Source: Candidatus Latescibacterota bacterium (GTDB lineage: Bacteria > Latescibacterota > UBA2968 > UBA8231). Taken from it: a DNA stretch of 64,000 nucleotides. Position numbers and translations under genes: made by a program. The notes beneath the pieces were generated by a model. That model ran no database searches, was not told where the DNA came from, and was given only the letters and a program-made list of their open reading frames with translations. This document shows positions 59,425-64,000 of this stretch, in pieces. Numbering within the stretch: the first letter of the stretch is position 1; every line of letters begins with the position of its first letter. Location of the stretch: positions 1,600,001 through 1,664,000 of the forward strand of contig CBDFJF010000001.1 in NCBI GenBank assembly GCA_965248265.1, read 5' to 3'.

Positions 59425-61365
59425 CTAATCCAGAATGGGCACATTTCCTTCCCCGTTACCCGCGACGTTCATCGCCGTCGATTGCTGCATCGATTGAACC
59501 GCATCCGTGAGCGCAACCATTTGGGCCTTCAGCGTCTCCACCTCCGTCGTTGTTTGATTCAGCCGCACACTCAACTTCGCCTTCCCCGCCCGCTCCGCCT
59601 CGATGATCTGCTGCTGCTCCTGAATGGCCTTGATCAGCACTGGAATCAAGTCAGAGTAATGCACACCCAGCGTCTGATCCTCGTCGTCACCCACCTTAAC
59701 AACCTCATTAATCACCGGTTGGACCTCCTGGGCAATGAGACCCAGCTTGGTGCCGCGCTCGGGGTGGTCCTTCCAGGTGAAGGATACGGGGCGCAATGCC
59801 TTGATTTCGTCGAGACCGTAGGTGATATCCTGGATACTGTCCTTCTTTCGGCGGTCAGAAATTACGTTCAAGGCGTTTAGTGCGGAGATAGTTGCCCAAT
59901 AATAAGAAGCGTCACCTAGGTCGATTAAGCCGGCGCTCGCAGGCAGAGGCGGGACGGCGAACATCACATCAAAATGACCGACAGTCATTGACGTTAACGG
60001 TGATCCACCAAAGTAGGTTACAAAATCGTGGCCCGTTAGAGCACTCGCCGAAAAGGCGTTGTGCGTAGCGAAACAGGTGCTTTGATCGTAGCTCGTTCGA
60101 AGGGCATCAACTCCCGCGGGGGCGTCAGCACCGGAGTCATAAGTCATGACCGTGCCTTCAAAAGTAGCCGCATCGCTGGTGCCGACAACGTGAAGCTTAG
60201 TCGCAGGATTCGTCGTGTTGATGCCCACGTTGCGGCTACTGTAGGCGAAGTGAATGACCGGACTTCCTAAATTGTCAAGTTGAAGGTGGTTGCTGCTGAA
60301 CAGCTTCGTGAGCCCCCATACCGGGGTGGTTCCATCCAAAAATTCTAATCCGACCGGGTCGAAGACGGGGCTGGATGCCAGCTTAAGGACGGTACCCGTT
60401 CCTGTGAGCTCGATCGGATTCCCGCTGGTGACAGTGACTGCACTGCCCGCAGTGTAGGCATCGTTGAGACTCCCCCCGCCTCCACCCCCACCACTGTTGA
60501 TCAGAGCCAGGATAGCGGGATCTAATTCCCGTGTGCCCGTTCCTCCCGCTTCCTGGTTGACGATAGGATTTTCCAGCGAACCACTCATGGTAATGCCGAT
60601 GCCCCCTAATACTTCTCTCACAGCGGCGTCCGTGCCGACGGTGATGGTGTTGGAGGCCGCATCGGTGCTGACGTCGACATTGTTCCCTTGCAACACCGTT
60701 ACGTCATCGGACAGGTTGTTGACAGTGTTGACGACATCATCTGTGCCGATGGTGATGGTGTTATTGGCCGGATCAGTGTCGACGTTGACATTGTTCCCTG
60801 GCACCACCGCTACGTCACCCGGCAGGGCGTTGATGCTTGTAACGCCGGGGTCCACGCCGATGGTGATGGTGTTGTTGGTCAGATCAGTACTGATGTTAAC
60901 GTTCTCCCCCCCCAACACCGTGACACTACCACTCAGGCTGTTGACGTCGGTGACTGCGCCATTTACAAGATTAAAGGCATTGTGGGCCGTAAAACTGAAA
61001 GGCGCAGTGCCCAGTGGTTGGAACGGGAGTAAGGGGGATCCGTCGCCGACCGAAACCCCTATGTACAGAGGACCGTTAAACAGCCCCGGATCCAGCGGGC
61101 CCAAATCCACATTGAAATTCCCGTTTCTCGTCTCCACTTCATACGTGTCCTCCCATAGCGGTAGACCGCATTCAGCTTGATCGCATTCGCTGCATACGGG
61201 CTGCCCGCAAATTTGGAAGGTGAGGGCGTGCGGACCATTAGACACAGGCAATCCCGTCGAATTGTTCAGGTCTCCAACGAAGGGAAGAAAGTTGGGCACC
61301 TGGGCGTCAGTGCTGGAGAAGACGGTTACGAACCAGAATGAGGTGGTCAGCAACAGGCGTTTCAT
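59425..61365 (-). CDS. Secreted trimeric fibre-like protein with C-terminal Peptidase_S74 chaperone domain
   Basis: Signal peptide, GNFNVDLG...APFSFTA N-domain, 37-aa repeats, VGINTTNP, SDRRKK cleavage motif, GLIAQEV and a coiled coil. Confidence 0.85.
   Translation of the reverse strand: MKRLLLTTSFWFVTVFSSTDAQVPNFLPFVGDLNNSTGLPVSNGPHALTFQICGQPVCSECDQAECGLPLWEDTYEVETRNGNFNVDLGPLDPGLFNGPLYIGVSVGDGSPLLPFQPLGTAPFSFTAHNAFNLVNGAVTDVNSLSGSVTVLGGENVNISTDLTNNTITIGVDPGVTSINALPGDVAVVPGNNVNVDTDPANNTITIGTDDVVNTVNNLSDDVTVLQGNNVDVSTDAASNTITVGTDAAVREVLGGIGITMSGSLENPIVNQEAGGTGTRELDPAILALINSGGGGGGGSLNDAYTAGSAVTVTSGNPIELTGTGTVLKLASSPVFDPVGLEFLDGTTPVWGLTKLFSSNHLQLDNLGSPVIHFAYSSRNVGINTTNPATKLHVVGTSDAATFEGTVMTYDSGADAPAGVDALRTSYDQSTCFATHNAFSASALTGHDFVTYFGGSPLTSMTVGHFDVMFAVPPLPASAGLIDLGDASYYWATISALNALNVISDRRKKDSIQDITYGLDEIKALRPVSFTWKDHPERGTKLGLIAQEVQPVINEVVKVGDDEDQTLGVHYSDLIPVLIKAIQEQQQIIEAERAGKAKLSVRLNQTTTEVETLKAQMVALTDAVQSMQQSTAMNVAGNGEGNVPILD
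60622..60954 (-). repeat. Three 111-bp (37-aa) intragenic repeats
   Basis: V..VN.L...V.V..G.NV...TD...NTIT.G units start at 60954, 60843 and 60732. Confidence 0.85.
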
Positions 61366-61574
61366 CTAAGCTCTCCTGATTGGGGTTCATGTTTCGATTT
61401 CCATATTATAACTAGCGAAAGGGCTGTTACCGATCATTTTTGTTCGTTTCTTGATGCCGCTGACGTCCACTTCTAACGGATGTTGTTCGTCCTAAGTTCT
61501 TTCTTATCAACCCCCTACACACTGACTGATAACATGAATGACACTGAATCCTGAGAGATCGACTCCGACCTCGG

Positions 61575-61822
61575 CTCGTTCTCCAAAGAGCAAATGGTCG
61601 AGTAACACCGGATTATGGGACGGCGAGCGTTCCCCGACGGGCGTCCGAAGGCCCGATGCCACGATCGAACGGATCGCCTCGGTCTCCGTGGCTCAAACAT
61701 GGAATGTTCTGGAATCGGAAGGCTATGTGAATCATTACGAGGGACACTGGATATGTACCCACCCTGGCCTGACCCTGTGTGGCAGAGCGGTGACCACGAA
61801 CTTCATGCCGCGTCGGCAGATG
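61575..61822 (+). pseudogene. Frameshifted 5' fragment of an RraA-family gene
   Basis: Pieces FSKEQMVE / TGLWDGER / FPDGRPK / PDATIERI...GYVNHYEG...LCGRAVTTNFMPRR, then homology is lost. Confidence 0.6.
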
Positions 61823-62030
61823 CTCGCCGAGATCGAGCGGGGTTACCTCCTTGAACTCAACGAGTCGTCAACGGAGTGATCCCGATGGACTTGCACCCAG
61901 CAACCCCACACCCGCAGTCGTAGTCCCGAGCTCGCCTCAATAGCGCTGATTACTTCGTCTAACGACTGACCGCAATCGGTATCGAGGAGAATGATCTTCT
62001 CCGGGCCTTCTTCAATCCGGGCCGAACGAG

Positions 62031-62660
62031 TCAACCCGTAAAGCCCGACTCCTTATGCGCCCCGTCACAGAACGGCTTGTTCTTCGACGCCCCGCAGCGA
62101 CACAGGGTATAGTGGTCGGCCGTCGGCGGTTTGACGCCAACAGGATCGTCGAGGGTGATGCCCCCGCGCACGTGCAGGGGCCCGTCCTCGGAGATGAAGA
62201 TCTCCGCCTCGGAGAAGAACTCTTGATGCAGTTTGCCATCGAGCTTGTACGCAAGAGAGCCCGAAGGACAGGCTCGTATGGTCTTGATGACCTTGTCACG
62301 CGCTTCCTTGTCGGGTTCAGAGATGCGCTCATCGCCATCCCAGCGGAAGAAGGTCTCCGGGGCACCGTGGACACATGAGCCCGCGTGGCAGCAGATACCG
62401 ACGTCATCGACGACGGTGAGCTCCTCACCGCTGTATTCACGCACAGGGTAGGTCTCAGTGCGTTCCTTCTTGCCTGAGAACCCGATGTCCTTGTGGGTGC
62501 CGTCGCAGAACGGTTTGTTCTCCGACGCGCCGCAGCGGCACAGCGCTATCACGTCCTTCTGCATGGCGACGGGTTGATTGTCACTGTCAGTCAGTTTCTT
62601 CAAGCCCTTTACCAGGAATGGACCGTCTTCTGGAACATCGATAGTGGGTTTCTCACTCAC
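62031..62660 (-). CDS. CDGSH iron-sulfur protein (two CDGSH-type motifs flanking a divergent ferredoxin-like domain)
   Basis: LCRCGASENKPFCDGTH, CCHAGSC...CPSGSL and LCRCGASKNKPFCDGAH. Confidence 0.92.
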   Translation of the reverse strand: MSEKPTIDVPEDGPFLVKGLKKLTDSDNQPVAMQKDVIALCRCGASENKPFCDGTHKDIGFSGKKERTETYPVREYSGEELTVVDDVGICCHAGSCVHGAPETFFRWDGDERISEPDKEARDKVIKTIRACPSGSLAYKLDGKLHQEFFSEAEIFISEDGPLHVRGGITLDDPVGVKPPTADHYTLCRCGASKNKPFCDGAHKESGFTG

Positions 62661-62748
62661 GGATCATCTCCCTTGGTTGTTCGGTTAATTAGCGTCACCG
62701 CTCCCGGCTCCTTGTTCGTGTTCGACAAAGTGGGGTGCTCAAGCACGA

Positions 62749-63999
62749 CTAGTGTGGTCTCATTCTGGTTAAGTAAAAGTGACTGGCCACTGATTGTTTG
62801 GGATGATCCGACTGACGGCCGAAGACCTGGCTGGGATCCTCCAACAACTGATACATCATGACAACATGAGGCGAGGACCTCTGTTCCTTGTCGCTGACAA
62901 CGAACCTCGGCGATACGGAGTGCCAAACCTCCTCGTCGGTCAGGGCGTCAATGGCCTTCTGGTAATCCGGCAGGTCACTCTCGCGCACACTGAAAGCCAC
63001 GATTCCTCCAGGTCGGGCAAGCTTGACCACGCCCTCCAGGTCTTTTGTGGGGGTATGGTTCACAACACCTGCTGCAAACACGTGATCGAACTGCGCCCAA
63101 TACCTCTCGGGCAAGTGGACCAGATCAGCATCGATCACTCCCTCGTCGTGGAAAGGCTGAAACAGCCCCTCAGGAATCTGTGCCCGCAACCCGGGGGCAA
63201 AGTCAAGGCCGTGGACGTTCGAGAATCCGGCCTCTATCAGAGCGGCGCCTGAAATTCCGGTTCCGCATCCGGCGTCGATCACGTTCGAATCCAGTGGTAA
63301 ATCCAGATCACCGAAAACCTTCCTGAACGCTTGAGCCATTTCCCGTGGCACTACGTAGCCCGCTTTTTCGACCGTTCTCAGGTAGGTGGGAGCGATCTCC
63401 TCATAGGCCTGGCGCACGGCTTGCGGCAGCATGCTCTGCATGTTCGGCAGAATCCTGTCTGTACCCTTCCACTGAGCGATGAACTGTTCGCTCTTGGCGC
63501 CAATCCTCTCCGCTTCGCCCAGCGCACCGTGAAGGGCGATATCGGGAGAATACTTGCTCGCGGGAACGGATCTTCCGAGCGTCTCTGCCATTGCTCGAAT
63601 GTGATGCACCTCGGCTCCGCAACACACACCTATATAGGAGACTCCGATATCCCTGGCCTGTTGAGTAAACGACGCAATCTCGTCCCTCGTGCACGTGTCA
63701 TGGTCGAGATTGATGGGATAGGTGTCTCCCGCATGCAGTAGCTGAAAGGTCGGCTCTGCCTCGGTGGTCGCAAACGCGACTGGCAACGCGGCTAGCGGCG
63801 AATCGGGGAGTCTTTCCCGTATCCTTTTCAACAGCGGCAACATGGTGTCTGGACCGCGCGTGCAGTTCAGACCAACAACATCCGCGCCTTCGTCTACAAG
63901 ACGAACGCAGGCCTCCTCGATCGTCAGGGAGGGGTCATCGGAAACACGCTCTGACAACGCAGAGAGAGTGATCACCGCGTCCAAACCCTGCTCCTTTAT
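62749..63999 (-). CDS. Homocysteine S-methyltransferase (BHMT-like) domain fused to a class I SAM-dependent methyltransferase (5' end outside the window)
   Basis: Zinc motifs VVGLNC and YIGVCCG, then HHIRAMAE and ASKYSPD, followed in frame by VIDAGCGTG...HGLD. Frame is open to the window edge. Confidence 0.85.
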   Translation of the reverse strand: MKEQGLDAVITLSALSERVSDDPSLTIEEACVRLVDEGADVVGLNCTRGPDTMLPLLKRIRERLPDSPLAALPVAFATTEAEPTFQLLHAGDTYPINLDHDTCTRDEIASFTQQARDIGVSYIGVCCGAEVHHIRAMAETLGRSVPASKYSPDIALHGALGEAERIGAKSEQFIAQWKGTDRILPNMQSMLPQAVRQAYEEIAPTYLRTVEKAGYVVPREMAQAFRKVFGDLDLPLDSNVIDAGCGTGISGAALIEAGFSNVHGLDFAPGLRAQIPEGLFQPFHDEGVIDADLVHLPERYWAQFDHVFAAGVVNHTPTKDLEGVVKLARPGGIVAFSVRESDLPDYQKAIDALTDEEVWHSVSPRFVVSDKEQRSSPHVVMMYQLLEDPSQVFGRQSDHPKQSVASHFYLTRMRPH

Positions 64000-64000
64000 G

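Noticed and set aside
59195-59820. DGR template/variable repeat pair in the duplicated S74 region
   Set aside because: Differences are spread over all bases and mostly synonymous, not adenine-specific. No reverse transcriptase in the window.

Overview
GC-rich (roughly 60-65%, estimated by eye) bacterial chromosomal window. The gene mix (PhyH dioxygenases, SDRs/epimerases, enolase-superfamily enzymes, BNR/Asp-box propellers, CocE hydrolases, a large FN3/dockerin/cohesin/FlgD-Ig secreted protein) resembles Candidatus Latescibacterota or a related uncultured FCB lineage; this is inference only. The window opens in the 3' end of a tyrosine integrase with a possible att junction. Next comes a tightly coupled minus-strand operon around a three-subunit Co-type nitrile hydratase/thiocyanate hydrolase-like enzyme. 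Further contents are many catabolic genes, a phd-vapC toxin-antitoxin pair with a clear operator and promoter, typA, an orphan SdhA-like flavoprotein, and two gamma-glutamyltransferases. An intact IS630 element (TA duplication, A8 frameshift site) interrupts an MgtC/DUF4010 gene. Near the end are a surface-protein locus with a duplicated Peptidase_S74 chaperone cassette and, cut by the window edge, a BHMT-like methyltransferase fused to a class I SAM methyltransferase. About nine genes survive only as frameshifted or internally deleted relics. I saw no rRNA, intact tRNA or CRISPR array. All family calls come from motif recognition, with no database searches.
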